Positions 54,601 to 64,000 of a stretch of DNA of 64,000 bases are shown here, piece after piece; within the stretch, counting starts at the first letter, position 1; each line of letters starts with the position of its first letter. The stretch spans positions 21,144,001 through 21,208,000 of the forward strand of contig NC_087245.1 of assembly GCF_037042905.1 (NCBI RefSeq). Direction: 5' to 3'. The position numbers and the translations under genes were made by a program. Source of the stretch: Lytechinus pictus (Eukaryota). Under the pieces are notes generated by a model that saw nothing but the letters and a program-made list of their open reading frames with translations, was not told the DNA's origin and did not search any database.

Positions 54601-57600
54601 ACGATGAGAGAAAAGCAACGTTCTTTGGCATATTTCCTTTTGTTCTTTGAGATGCGGAATGTGTCTGTCTCATGTCCACTTCGTATCTCATGGATCTCTG
54701 AAAGGGACACTGTAGGGCGGAAAGACAAAAAAAATAGAAAATATAAATAATACCTACATGTATAAAAGAAAAGACATACAAATTACAATGTATGCTATTT
54801 CGTCTCTAATTTAACTACATGTACTACATATGACAAGTACAAATCAGTACGTGAGAAATCTTAAGTTCTTCACCAATTGTATTGTCTATATTGAAAAAAA
54901 GTAATAGACGATCAGGACTATGAGACTGGAGTTTAAACAAGGTATTGATTTGCAAGATTCCCAGTAGAAAAAAAAATGACCACATGCAACTCTGTGCAGC
55001 ATTTTGCAATAAATTTTCATCCTTCTCGACAATGCCCACATGTGAATAATATGAGAGTTTATTACAAGCACTTCAACATTGCATGATTTCCTGCAGGTTT
55101 TTAATAAACAAATGACACAAGGGCACGATCAGCCCAAAAGCAGTACTATAAAGTAATATTTCGCAAAAATAAGTAAAACTGAGTGATCAAATTTCTCTTT
55201 ATAGATTCTGGTGTGCTCCTACAAAATAAGCAAAATTTAAGAATTCAATTTTTTCTAATTTTGTAAGTTCTTGACTAATGAAACTGCAAGTGAGTATGTG
55301 TAGAATGTACCTGATAATAAAAATGAATGTTTCAAACTAAAGTATGAATACACTACATGTGCATTACTTGTACAGACCTGTGTAAATCAGACAATGCCAT
55401 ATATGAATATCATTTACACTAATCAATAATGTCAATAGTTTGAGTCCAGAAGGTAGCAGACAATAGTTCATAATGACACCAATGACAGAAATCATCTTGT
55501 TCGACATGTAGTTGAGAATAAATGGGATAAGTATTGCTTGCTTCCAACATGTTAAACTTACTGTATTTTACTGTACATTTTTACTGTAGTACATTAATCT
55601 ACATGTATGTAAACAAAGCAACAATGGACAGGCCCCTGTATTTTGTACTGCTGTCCATGTACCGTACATGTACAAACATGTAGTTACTGACACTAGAATA
55701 AAACGCCTATTTATCATGTAGGCCTATAATTTTACATTCATTCTTAAAAAAATGAAATGAAAAACAAAGTGCTTTTTTATATTTCCATACCATACATCTA
55801 TGTATGAACAATGTGTACACGTAGGCCTACAGACAGTGTACATGTACATGTACTGTACATGTTCAAGAATGAACTTTTCATGACTTGACAATGAAAGGCA
55901 GCCTGGCTATTTCAGCTGGAAGCAAGTTTTGATAATTTAAAGCAAAATAGTAATCATGTACTGCTTGGCTTGTTATGATAAAAAAATAATAATTTTCTGC
56001 CCATAATCATTCTATTGGACTTGTTTTCCTTGAGTGTACACGCCCATTCAACACGTGTGGGTGGAGAGGGATCAGTGCCCTCAGGAATGGGACTTGTTAA
56101 TTGCTTTTGGAGATTTCAGTGGATACAAGAATGAGATTAGAACAAGAAAAATGTCAACAAGTTGATTAATAAATCATGAGGGGGCAACAGAGAAAATTTA
56201 GAGTAGTCTGCAAGTTCAGACTCTATTACATGATGTATGCAAACGTAATTATTCCTGCAGGAGTCTAGAGTCGAGTCTAGCTTTGTTATTCCCAGGTACA
56301 CATACAGTACATGTACATCACATAGTTTGCAAAACTATCATGCAAAAGTTAGCAATTGCTGGAGTGGTTTTGAATATTAATCAGCACAGAAAATGTTGAC
56401 TGGACATTTTGTTGCATTAAAAGAGGCATAAAGTAGTTTTTCAGATGCTAAAATTTCAATAAAATAGAAATTTCTGAATGCTGTCAATATATGAAAAAAT
56501 GGTAGCAACAAAAAAAAGTACACCAGGTTTATATTGCATTGAAATATGATCATATTAACACTTGTTAAAGGTCATACATTTAAAGCATTAATTCCAGTAC
56601 ATGTATGTTTTTCCTGGTGAAAAGAGACCTTTGAATATCATTTTAACTCTCTATGATGACATCTTAGATGGACATGTAGTCGTGTTCAGAGTTCCTACAT
56701 TCACAACAATAAATAGTAATAATAATAATAAAGGACTTGCATAGCGCACATACATGTATCCACCTTGCTAGGTGTTCAAGGCGCTCCTATATTACCCTGG
56801 CTAAGCTAGTCTACCGATTCTGGTGCGCACAGCTTTTTGAGGAATTACTTCCTGCCGGTACCCATTTACCTCACCAAGGTCGAGTGCAGCACAGTGTGGA
56901 TAAATTTCTTGCTGAAGGAAAACACGCCATGGATAGGATTTGAACCCACGACCCTCTGTTTGAAAGGCGAGAGTCAGAACCGATAGACCACGACGCGCCC
57001 ACACAAGAGGTGTGCTTGAGGTGAACATCATGATACATAAAAGTACATGTATATCTCCCAGTCTGCTTGTATACGCATTTGCTTTCAAAGAATACCCATA
57101 CTTTCTTCCTAGAATATTACTGATATGACACATACTACATGTACATGTATGTATATCTTAATTAAAGTGATGACAAATGTCCCATACTTTCTTCCTAGAA
57201 TATTACTGATATGACACATACTACATGTATGTATATATCTTAATTAAAGTGATGACAAATGTTACTCCTGATTTTATCAAATTTTAGTGGAGAAATACAG
57301 GTGTATATACACAGAAGTAGTGTACTCACTTTTGAAACAATCATTATCTCAATTATCTAATCTACCATATTTCTGAAATAGACTCGTTGATGTACATGTA
57401 ATTATTTCAAGCCTCTAGTTCATATCAAACAAAATACAAACAATGTCTAATACAGCATTGTGTTTGACTTTGACATGATTCCAACAGGGTTAGAATGAAA
57501 TTATCACATTTTTTCATGGGGTGTAGGCTACTCATTTCTGTTGGATAGGCTACTGTAGGCCTACATATATCTCAAAATACCCTAAATTTCACAAAACAGT

Positions 57601-58454
57601 CGTAACATTTATATGCAAATTGGTTTTGATATCTATGTCACACACTCACTATATCTTAGGTATCGACTCTATCGAGTAATGGAGCAAATGAAATATTTTC
57701 ATTTCTTGGATACAAATATCCTCTTTATTGAATACTGCTTTAAAAATGTAAGTTTATAAGGATTTCACAAGTTCTAAGGTGGAGTCTATTAAACTACATG
57801 CACATGTACAACCAAAAGAAGGGGAAAATGAAATATTTCATATTTTATGATATGATGTAGAAATAGTATGTGTCATCATAAATTTCCCTATTTGCACCCT
57901 ACCTATGATTTCAACTGATTTGTTTTTCAGCATTATATTCGTCTGACTTTTCTCTATACATGTAGGCCTACTCAATCAACTTATTTTTGTGTTGACTTGA
58001 TATTTGATGTGCAGGCCAATCAGGGGAGCGTTTCATCAACATTTTTGTCTGACAAGTCGTCAGATCTGACAACTTTCCTTGATTCTGATTGGCTGAGAAG
58101 CACTGTTACTATGGTAACTGTCGGATAAAATGGGACTTGTCGGATAAAATGTCCACAAGTCCTTTCGTGAAACGCTCCCCAGATCATATATCATAAAGGG
58201 GCTGCGGAACCAAGGGAGGGGGGGTCTGTTGTTGCTGGCCCCCCACCCCACTTTCAAAACCATTCTGCAGTCCCTGTTATAGAATGATAGTACAGACTGA
58301 CCTGATGCTTTGTGTGATGCCTTCTTAGACGGGGTGTAGACAAGAGCAGAAGCATCATCAGTCAGTGTGAAGTTTCTGCTGTGCTTCTTGGTACTGTTAG
58401 GAGAGATCTTGGTGAACTTGGTGCCTAACTTCAGCTTATGCTGAATTTGTTCAA
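12955..58454 (-). CDS. PLCD: Phosphoinositide-specific phospholipase C, delta class (PLCD4/PLCD1-like); spliced gene of 19 exons in window, 5'-incomplete
   Basis: Manually spliced exons (minus): 58454-58302, 54709-54475, 49313-49184, 45041-44914, 38736-38670, 35979-35886, 34148-34031, 31126-31041, 30200-30080, 29447-29362, 28719-28637, 27914-27783, 16603-16516, 16064-15885, 15264-15157, 14675-14614, 14277-14151, 13751-13602, 13043-12955. All junctions are GT-AG and phase-compatible, giving one open frame. Catalytic motifs [41 protein letters not shown] and LSRIYP are intact. The protein ends directly after C2, as in the delta class. Confidence 0.93.
13150..13549 (-). pseudogene. Probable decayed duplicates of the terminal exon and the second C2 exon
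   Basis: From 13549 down: [19 protein letters not shown] vs real [18 protein letters not shown]; about 13330-13280: [17 protein letters not shown] vs real [17 protein letters not shown]. Confidence 0.5.
13602..13751 (-). CDS. PLCD: PLC exon: C2 domain ([29 protein letters not shown]...[15 protein letters not shown])
   Basis: Canonical PLC C2 motifs; 150 nt. Confidence 0.96.
14151..14277 (-). CDS. PLCD: PLC exon: C2 domain ([10 protein letters not shown]...IDPYVKV...KTEVVSDNG)
   Basis: Canonical PLC C2 motifs; 127 nt. Confidence 0.95.
14614..14675 (-). CDS. PLCD: PLC exon: Y-C2 junction ([21 protein letters not shown])
   Basis: cttgcag acceptor, gtaagt donor; 62 nt supplies the required phase 1->0 bridge; FNP motif. 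Confidence 0.88.
14941..14988. repeat. (CAC)n/(CAT)n microsatellite
   Basis: Direct reading. Confidence 0.9.
15157..15264 (-). CDS. PLCD: PLC exon: end of Y box ([36 protein letters not shown])
   Basis: VALNFQT...NG..G.ILKP motif; 108 nt. Confidence 0.96.
15885..16064 (-). CDS. PLCD: PLC exon: Y box ([14 protein letters not shown]...[28 protein letters not shown])
   Basis: Canonical Y-box motifs; 180 nt. Confidence 0.96.
16516..16603 (-). CDS. PLCD: PLC exon: start of Y box ([29 protein letters not shown])
   Basis: KLKLAxELSD motif; 88 nt; gtgagt donor. Confidence 0.93.
19096..19122 (-). CDS. PLCD: Candidate 27-nt microexon HYPTLFMLQ (X-Y linker)
   Basis: Poly-T tract ... ggcatgccttgtacacag|CATTACCCCACCCTATTCATGCTCCAG|gtaaaa; phase 0-0; TGC just before the acceptor. 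Confidence 0.5.
23182..23199 (-). CDS. PLCD: Candidate 18-nt microexon SKDKKK (X-Y linker)
   Basis: tatatgtag|TCAAAAGACAAGAAAAAG|gtaagtt; long CT-rich tract upstream; phase 0-0. Confidence 0.6.
25338..25355 (-). CDS. PLCD: Candidate 18-nt microexon NDEGEK (X-Y linker)
   Basis: gatttcatag|AATGATGAAGGGGAAAAG|gtaagtt; phase 0-0 matches the host intron; consensus donor. Confidence 0.6.
27375..27775. repeat. Degenerate tandem repeat, period about 83-90 bp
   Basis: Recurring tcagatgg...aagca...tgatctgtggtgctagaat motif starting near 27394, 27476, 27560, 27650, 27739. Confidence 0.6.
27783..27914 (-). CDS. PLCD: PLC exon: acidic X-Y linker ([44 protein letters not shown])
   Basis: [10 protein letters not shown] linker motif; 132 nt, phase 0-0. 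Confidence 0.93.
28637..28719 (-). CDS. PLCD: PLC exon: end of X box ([28 protein letters not shown])
   Basis: [13 protein letters not shown] motif; 83 nt, phase 1-0. Confidence 0.95.
28841..29262 (-). pseudogene. Decayed intronic duplicates of two X-box exons (pseudo-exons)
   Basis: 29022-29090 matches 29381-29449 at 55/69 nt without gaps; about 29185-29262 is a second copy with a 1-nt insertion; 28841-28918 resembles the DKL...KILIK exon (AG|AC start, KILMK|gtgag end) but is frameshifted. Confidence 0.8.
29362..29447 (-). CDS. PLCD: PLC exon: X box ([28 protein letters not shown])
   Basis: YPxILSxENHC motif; 86 nt, phase 2-1. Confidence 0.95.
30080..30200 (-). CDS. PLCD: PLC exon: X box ([40 protein letters not shown])
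   Basis: Second catalytic histidine (YHGHT); 121 nt. Confidence 0.95.
30478..30810. repeat. (ATC)n microsatellite
   Basis: Long CAT run; explains the poly-M/D/I/H ORF calls. Confidence 0.97.
31041..31126 (-). CDS. PLCD: PLC exon: X box ([28 protein letters not shown])
   Basis: Canonical X-box motif; 86 nt; gtaagt donor. Confidence 0.95.
31486..32940. mobile_element. Kolobok-like non-autonomous transposon (1455 bp)
   Basis: TTAA TSD on both sides; 15-bp TIR agttgaattaagaag; inner inverted repeat gagtgtgacgtcaccgggggg (about 31673) / ccccccggtgacgtcacactc (about 32731). Confidence 0.85.
33382..33561. mobile_element. PIF/Harbinger-like MITE
   Basis: TIR gtgggtgttt...aaacacccac; TSD ctg; same family as 62752-62923. 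Confidence 0.75.
33688..33882. mobile_element. GC-rich MITE (ggatccag-G-run / C-run-ctggatcc family)
   Basis: cggatccagggggg...cccccc...ctggatccacccctg imperfect inverted ends. Confidence 0.55.
34031..34148 (-). CDS. PLCD: PLC exon: start of X box (FLLFM...[20 protein letters not shown])
   Basis: Catalytic SSHNT histidine; gtgagt donor; 118 nt. Confidence 0.95.
34646..35292. mobile_element. Tc1-like non-autonomous transposon
   Basis: TA TSD; TIR cagttgaggccagaagtttacatacac, resembling Tc1/Sleeping Beauty-type ends, with its inverted copy gtgtatgtaaacctttggccgcaactg. Confidence 0.85.
35886..35979 (-). CDS. PLCD: PLC exon: EF-hand region ([32 protein letters not shown])
   Basis: IEKYEP...LTMDG motif; 94 nt, phase 0-1. 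Confidence 0.92.
36618..37201. mobile_element. Kolobok-like non-autonomous transposon, copy 2
   Basis: TTAA TSD; same TIRs and near-identical body to 9164-9748. Confidence 0.85.
37435..37660 (+). mobile_element. Degenerate SINE copy
   Basis: ttccttcagcaagaaatt...ctcaacccaggtgaggtgaggtgaaatggtacc...gccggggtaata matches the reverse complement of the 56715-57000 SINE. Confidence 0.6.
38503..38630. mobile_element. Truncated copy of the 62938-63430 MITE
   Basis: tatgcttttcacactgcatttccttaaccccatactatcctta is shared. Confidence 0.7.
38670..38736 (-). CDS. PLCD: PLC exon: EF-hand region ([22 protein letters not shown])
   Basis: 67 nt, phase 2-0; gtacag acceptor, gtgagg donor. Confidence 0.9.
43657..43859. 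mobile_element. PIF/Harbinger-like MITE
   Basis: TIR ggcccgtattctcaaaagaggtttc / gaaacctcttttgagaatgcgggcc; TSD gtt. Confidence 0.85.
44914..45041 (-). CDS. PLCD: PLC exon: EF-hand region (FANTK...[24 protein letters not shown])
   Basis: EFxxFY..RPDL..IF motif; tttcag acceptor, gtaagt donor; 128 nt. Confidence 0.92.
47549..48436 (-). mobile_element. Helentron-associated/Tsp-like element with internal tandem repeats
   Basis: About five units containing gttaccatggcaac...catctttacc.caagaccaatgtg..ccaaatttcatga; (GACC)n microsatellite and a terminal hairpin at 48360-48436. Confidence 0.65.
49184..49313 (-). CDS. PLCD: PLC exon: EF-hand ([31 protein letters not shown])
   Basis: DxNxDG EF-hand loop; 130 nt, phase 2-0. 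Confidence 0.92.
49628..49992. mobile_element. Kolobok-like MITE
   Basis: TTAA TSD; 15-bp TIR aggagaaatatattg. Confidence 0.8.
50213..50414. repeat. Perfect 99-bp tandem duplication inside an older MITE (about 50104-50420)
   Basis: 50213-50311 is identical to 50312-50410. Confidence 0.9.
54475..54709 (-). CDS. PLCD: PLC exon: C-terminal half of PH domain ([12 protein letters not shown]...CFSLIVG...WVMGLRWL)
   Basis: Typical PLC PH motifs; ctacag acceptor; U12-type donor GTATCCTTT. Confidence 0.93.
56715..57000 (-). mobile_element. tRNA-derived SINE
   Basis: Minus strand begins GGGCGCGTCGTGGTCTATCGG (A box)...GGTTCAAATCC (B box), central GAGGTAAATGGGTACC core, (TTA)n tail. Confidence 0.85.
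57095..57262. repeat. Tandem duplication (86 + 82 bp)
   Basis: The copies differ only by a CATGTA insertion and one TA. Confidence 0.9.
58024..58179. mobile_element. PIF/Harbinger-like MITE
   Basis: TIR gggagcgtttca / tgaaacgctccc; TSD cag. Confidence 0.8.
58302..58454 (-). CDS. PLCD: PLC exon: N-terminal half of PH domain ([50 protein letters not shown])
   Basis: ttttgcag acceptor, gtcagt donor; 153 nt, phase 1-1; joins the next exon in frame. Confidence 0.85.
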
Positions 58455-59394
58455 CTGCAAAATAAAACAGGATAATTAAAACAATTATTTAAAGTGAAAC
58501 CTGTCTATAAATATAGAGTCACTGGAGTTGAAAAGTCAATATTGGAGACTATGGAAAAGGGATATCCAAGATGCAAATAAAAATGTGATAAATCAACATC
58601 TTTAAAACAAAAAATAACCCCTATTCACCATCTACAAAACATTAGGGACGTTCCACAGTTAAAATGAAATCCATGTCATTCCATCAAATTTTACACAAAG
58701 TTACTTTCGCACCTGAATATTTCAAATATGCACAAACATAACACGGGCTTGATGTTTTGCTATTGAGCTTTGAAGTTTACCGAACTGGAAATTCCAGAGG
58801 ATTGCACATTAAAAAGAATTTGGCATTTTTAGACCCCACAAGATCACTACTTGGAGGTTAAACCTCCATTACTTTTAGTCAAAATCCATGTAAATTTCAT
58901 CAAATCTTACATATATAGTTCAGAAATATACTAAAGATGGAGAATTCCTTCATATTGCTATTCATTCGCCCTTCCACAAGGTGTGAAAGATGACAAAAAA
59001 CAATTGAAAAAAAGTTGAAATTCCTATTGCAAATCTGTGAAGAACAATAAATGCACTTTATTCAAAATCCATGTCATTTTCACAAAAATTTGCAAGCTTG
59101 TACAGGAAGGTGTACTTATTAAAGCGGAGTAAACATTCAAAAAACAAGGGTTCGTGTGCTTGTTTTCAAGCTATCAGCACTTTTGTTGGAGCAAGTGTGC
59201 TATTTAAATCCCCAAAACACACCAAAGTCTTTGTATCTACAATGTATGTGAGGAAAAATTCAAAACCACTCTACCAATTGAGGTCATATTTGCCATACTT
59301 TGCAGTACTTCAGACTTCAGAGTATAGTATTCAGAAATTGTACAGATATTTAAAAAAAAAACATTGGTCCATGGATTATTTTCAGTTAATTAGC

Positions 59395-61550
59395 CAGGGC
59401 TCGACACTAGCGCCGGTCCGACGGTCCCAGACCGGTAAAAATCACTGTCGGGCCGGTAGATTTTCAGAAATAGCAAGATTTACTGGTCCGACATGACCAG
59501 TAAAAAATATCATTGTCGGTCAAGTAATTTTTCCAAAAATAGCAAGATTTATGGGTCCGACATAAACAGTAATAAAAACTATTGTTGGGCCAGTAACTTT
59601 TTCAGAAATGGTCAAATTCGCTAGTCCAACATAAACATGAAAAATATTCCATGACTCAAATTGCGAACCATTTTCCTCCCGTTAAATTCTGGCATTCACA
59701 CACAGAACACACACAGAATGAATCGCATGCAATTTTTAATAGGGTAACATACAGTGTACACATGGCTAGCCAGCCACACAGCCCACATGGTAAATTTCCT
59801 ACTGGCTGCACGAACGAAGCTTGGCTAACCTCTGGCAGAAATCTCTCATAGAACTGTCAAAATTCACATTTCACACTAATGAAAAGCTCTTATAATGTCC
59901 ATATTTCCTAAAAAATTGCCAAAATTGGGGTAACTCTGTCATTTGTAAGCAGTAAAAGGAGAAATTTTCACTTCTGTTTTAGTTCAAAGAGATCGGGTTT
60001 CGACTGATATCGTCTGAATACATGATAGCCCCACATATGCATTTGTGTGTGTGTTGATACACTTGGTTTCTTTCGTAGCTAGTACTAGTATATTTTAATT
60101 GAGCCAAAAAGAAACTGATAATTTATTTATGATGATAGTTTTAGCTTTCTTCCTTTGTTTTCTTTCAATATTTCTTTGTTTCTTCCCTCTCTTCTTTTAC
60201 TGTCTTTCTTTTTTAATTTTCCCTTTTTCTTTGTCTTTCGTTCTTTCATTCTTTCTGTCCTGTTAATATTTTTCTCTATTTCTAATGCTCTTTCTTTTTC
60301 TTTCTTTTTTGATTTCCTTCTTTCTTTAATTCTTGAGTCCATCCATCCTATATTTATCTCTTCTTTCTTTCTTCATTTCCTTCCTTCTTTTCCCCTTTCT
60401 TTCCTTCATTCTTTTTTACTTTCTTTCTTTCCTCATTCCATCCATCCTTTCTTTACCCTTTCTTGTTTTTATTCCTTCTTTCAGCCCTTTCTCTCTTTCA
60501 TTCCTTCCTTTCTTCTTTGTCTTTTGTTCTTTCTTTTTCCCCTTTGTTCCATCTATCCTTTTACCTTTTCTTTCTTCCTTACTGCTTGCTTCCTTTCCTT
60601 TCTTTCTTTGAAGTTTGGTCTTTCTTTTTTGTTCTTCCTTTCATTTATTCTTTTACATTTTCTTTCTTTTTTTATATTGCTTGCTTGCTTCCTTCTTTAT
60701 TCCTTCCCAACATTCTTTTTTCCTTCTATCATTTTCCCTTTTCTTGATTTCTTCCTTCTTTCAATCCTTTCTTTCTGTTTTCCTTCTTTCCATCTCTCCT
60801 TTTACCCTTTCTTTCTTTTTTTATTCCTTCTTTCCTTCTTTCTTTCATTACTTTGTCTTTTGTTCTTTCTTTCTATATTGCTTGCTTCATTTCTTTCCTT
60901 CTTTCCTTCATTCTTTTTTTCTTTTGTTCTTTCTTTCCTTCCTTTCCTTCTTTGTTTTTTTTCCTTCCTTCACATTTTTTCTTTACTTTTTTCTTCCTTC
61001 GTTTCTTTTATTCTTTCTTTTTTCCTTCTTTCCATCTCTCCTTTTACCCTTTCTTTCTTGTTTTATTGCTTCTTTCCTTCTTTCTTTTTCATTTTTCATT
61101 ACTTTCTGTCTTTTGTTTTTTCTTTCTTTATTGCTTGCATCATTTCTTTCCTTCTTTTTTTCTTTCTTTCTTTCTTTCCTTCCTTTTTTTCTTTTGTTCT
61201 TTCTTTCTTATTTTTGTTCTTTCTTTCCTTCCTTTCCTTCTTTTTTTCTTTAGTTCTTTCTTTTTTCCTTCCTTCACATCTATCCTTTCTTTACCTTTGC
61301 TTTTTTCTTCCTTCCTTTCTTTTATTCTTTCTTTTTGTCTTTCATTCATTCATTCCTTCATTTTTTTTTTTGGGGGGGGGTAACAAGAAAGGACAGCAAA
61401 ATAAACTCACACCTTTTTTAATGTTTTCTTTATTTTTTGGGACCAGTAGATTTTAGGTTCAGACCAGTAAAAAATTGAAAAACTGGGTATCTACTGGTCC
61501 GACATGAATAGGTTGGACCAGTAGAAAAAAAGGGTTAGTGTGGAGCCTAG
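59395..61550. mobile_element. hAT-like non-autonomous element carrying a long CT-rich block
   Basis: Imperfect TIRs cagggctcgacacta / tagtgtggagcctag; subterminal ggtccgac/gaccagta repeats at both ends; no TSD recognisable. Confidence 0.5.
60140..61370. repeat. Polypyrimidine low-complexity tract with about 242-bp higher-order periodicity
   Basis: ttccatct(a/c)tccttt-like anchors at 60547, 60788, 61030, 61273. Confidence 0.85.
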
Positions 61551-61571
61551 CTTTAAAGAATAACATATCAG

Positions 61572-61841
61572 GGCCCTGTCTTACAAAGAGTTACGATTGA
61601 TCCAATCAATCAATCGTATCTCTATGGAAATCCATCAGTGTCATAATTTTTTCTACCAGAAATGTCCTTGGTAAACAAAGAGAAGCACAGTGAATTTTCA
61701 AGAAAACATGAAATGCATGAATATAAATCATAGAAAATATTTTGAACAAACATGCATAATAGATGTTGATGTTGCTGGCCATCCATAGTTCCGATTGACC
61801 AGAATTATCAGATCAATTGCAACTCTTTGTAAGACAGGCCC
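61572..61841. mobile_element. PIF/Harbinger-like MITE
   Basis: TIR ggccctgtcttacaaagagtt / aactctttgtaagacaggccc; TSD cag. Confidence 0.85.
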
Positions 61842-62751
61842 CAGATTTGTAGTTAGAATGCAGATCATGTGAAAACCAGCTGATCCCTATAGCTGATTAA
61901 TCACCTGTTCATCCATTGTGATGTCAATGTGCATAGCGTAAAATATGCGCAGATCATGAGCACACAAACATAAATGTACAGACTTCTGATCTCAAAAGAC
62001 AAAAATTCTGCAAGAGAAAATTACTACACTGCTGTTATTTAATATCTCTTTGACCCTTTTGATCAACATACATGTATTACTATCATAGGCAAGGATAGTG
62101 TATTCCAGATGAAGTTTGTCTCCTGGATCAGAGAGTCTCTGATGCCATTCGCCTCTACTACAACTTCAATGTGTTACAATTGAATTTAAGCCTGGTTTTT
62201 AATGAATGTGTGTGGGTGGAGCACAGGCTTACTCAACAAAAGCAATAATGGGGGGGGGGAATGTTATGGAATTTTTCTGGGTGATATCTGCCCCCCCCTT
62301 GATTTTCAAAGCTTAACATTTATAAAAGTATTTTCCAAGCATTTTTGATTGATTTTGTATACAGGGTTCGCGACTAAATCCCAGTGCACACTATGCGACA
62401 CGACAGTTGTCAATCGCATCCCAGTGCAATCACATCGCAGGCCAGCTCAAACATTGCAACAGCTCTGCAGTGCGCTGCATCTCATGACATCTTTTCTTTT
62501 GCATGTATGCTGTCTGCGCTGCAAAGTGTAGCGAATTGGACATGACGCAATCTTCTAGGATAGATCTGATTGGCTAAAGTTAGCAAAATCGCAGAAAGAT
62601 TTGACAGTCAAATGTCTGAGATTTTATCTATGATCTTAATGCAACAAAGCGGAACGCAGTTGCAGCGCGCTGTAGGTTGGCGGCTTGGCGCACATTCTGT
62701 GATTTTGTTGCGATCGGATCTTGATGTAATTGCGTTGCATAGTGTGTGCTG

Positions 62752-62923
62752 GTGGGTGTTTCATAAAGCTGTTCGTAAGTTATGAGCGACTTTAAGAACA
62801 ACTGGTGAACCTTTCTTACCCGCTAAACCATTGTCAATGGTGTATATCATTTACCAAAAGAAAGGATCACCATTCGTTCTTAAAGTCGCTCTTATCTTAC
62901 GAACAGCTTTATGAAACACCCAC
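62752..62923. mobile_element. PIF/Harbinger-like MITE nested in the right TIR of an older MITE (about 62377-62931)
   Basis: TIR gtgggtgtttcataaagctgttcgtaag / cttacgaacagctttatgaaacacccac; TSD ctg. Confidence 0.85.
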
Positions 62924-62937
62924 CTGGACTTAACTAA

Positions 62938-63430
62938 TATGCTTTTCACACTGCATTTCCTTAACCCCATACTATCCTTAACCCCGGACTATCCTTAACC
63001 CCATACTATCTTTTTTTCGATTCACACTGTCTTTCTTAACCCCATACTATCTGCTCAGCCGGGGATAATGCCTTAACCCCGGAATATCCCTCAGCTCATG
63101 AATATTGATGATTTTACCATACAGAGCGTGATTAACGTGCAATTCGACTTCCGTGATTGGCTTATGCTTAGCCCCACCTTCCTTAGCCCTTTTTTCGTTT
63201 TCACACTGCATCTCTTAGCACCGCAATTGTGGTGCTAGAGCCGGCTAACCCTGCTTTTTTGCAGGGCCAGATAGTACCGTACTATTTACCGTGCTAACCC
63301 ACTTTGCTAAAACGTAGTGTGAAAACGAAGTGGGCTAAGCTAACCCCGGGAAATTGGTGGGGCTAAGACCCCCCCTTAGCCCCACCAATTTCCCGGGGTT
63401 AAGGAAAAAAAGTGCAGTGTGAAAAGCATA
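62938..63430. mobile_element. MITE with TWA-type flanks
   Basis: TIR tatgcttttcacactgca / tgcagtgtgaaaagcata; internal ccttaacccc repeats. Confidence 0.8.
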
Positions 63431-64000
63431 TTAGAGGACTCACTAAAGAAATTAAGCTACATGTAGCTCAGCATGTACATTTTAATACTAGAGGTCCCTA
63501 GCTACATGTAGACCCTGTTTTTCTCTCTGCCTGATAGATCATAGTTCCCAAGACCTTGTATTCACTTCCTTTCATGAGGCACGTCCATGTGATATTATAA
63601 TTTGAGTTTGAGCGTCCCCCCCCCCCTCCCCCACAGCCCCCCTGGTGCCCTACATGTATGTCTGAGCAGAGCAGTGCTCTCTTGTCTGCAAATAGATCTA
63701 CTGCACAGGTGATTCTTCATAATTTTAAAAAAATGTCTGCCAAAGGCAAAGCCCAAGAACAATATCTGGCTAATATTTGGACTGCGCTGAACATTAGTGC
63801 AAGTCAAACTCTGAAAGAGCTGAACCTGTTGCTGGAACATACTCAATTCAATTTTCAATTCAATTTGATTTTTTTTTTTTTCACTTTCAGATAATGAACA
63901 TAACAACAAACACATAAAGCAGAATAAACGCCATAATAGATACTTCAGAGTTACAAATAATATACAAAAGTGATCAGTAAATACATAAGTCGTAGTTTAA

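Noticed and set aside
56930..57000. tRNA-like A/B boxes
   Set aside because: Head of a SINE with body and simple-repeat tail, not a standalone tRNA gene
60155..61456. 433-aa F/L/S-rich ORF and overlapping ORFs
   Set aside because: Artefact of a CT-rich low-complexity tract with few stop codons; several frames are open and no domain is evident
58455..64000. First coding exon or promoter of the PLC gene
   Set aside because: No convincing ATG-containing exon with a phase-1 donor found; it probably lies beyond the window

Overview
AT-rich eukaryotic (metazoan) genomic DNA; the repeat families suggest an echinoderm/sea urchin (inference). Most of the window (12955-58454, minus strand) is one intron-rich phosphoinositide phospholipase C gene of the delta class (PH - EF-hands - X box - linker - Y box - C2, stop right after C2). 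I assembled 19 phase-compatible GT-AG exons by hand (2237 nt, about 745 codons including the stop). The first coding exon was not found and probably lies beyond the window. Notable features inside the gene: (1) a U12-type minor-spliceosome intron; (2) three candidate frame-preserving microexons (acidic NDEGEK, basic SKDKKK, hydrophobic HYPTLFMLQ) in the 11-kb intron of the autoinhibitory X-Y linker; (3) decayed tandem duplicates of catalytic and C-terminal exons. The rest is mostly non-autonomous transposons (Kolobok-, Harbinger-, hAT-, Tc1- and Helentron-like), a LINE 3' fragment, tRNA-derived SINEs and simple repeats. These include an 898-bp foldback element whose two arms reveal TA->TAGGCCTA insertions that, with TA->TACATGTA insertions in other repeats, look like excision footprints. 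None of the long ORF-track calls in low-complexity DNA looks like a real gene.
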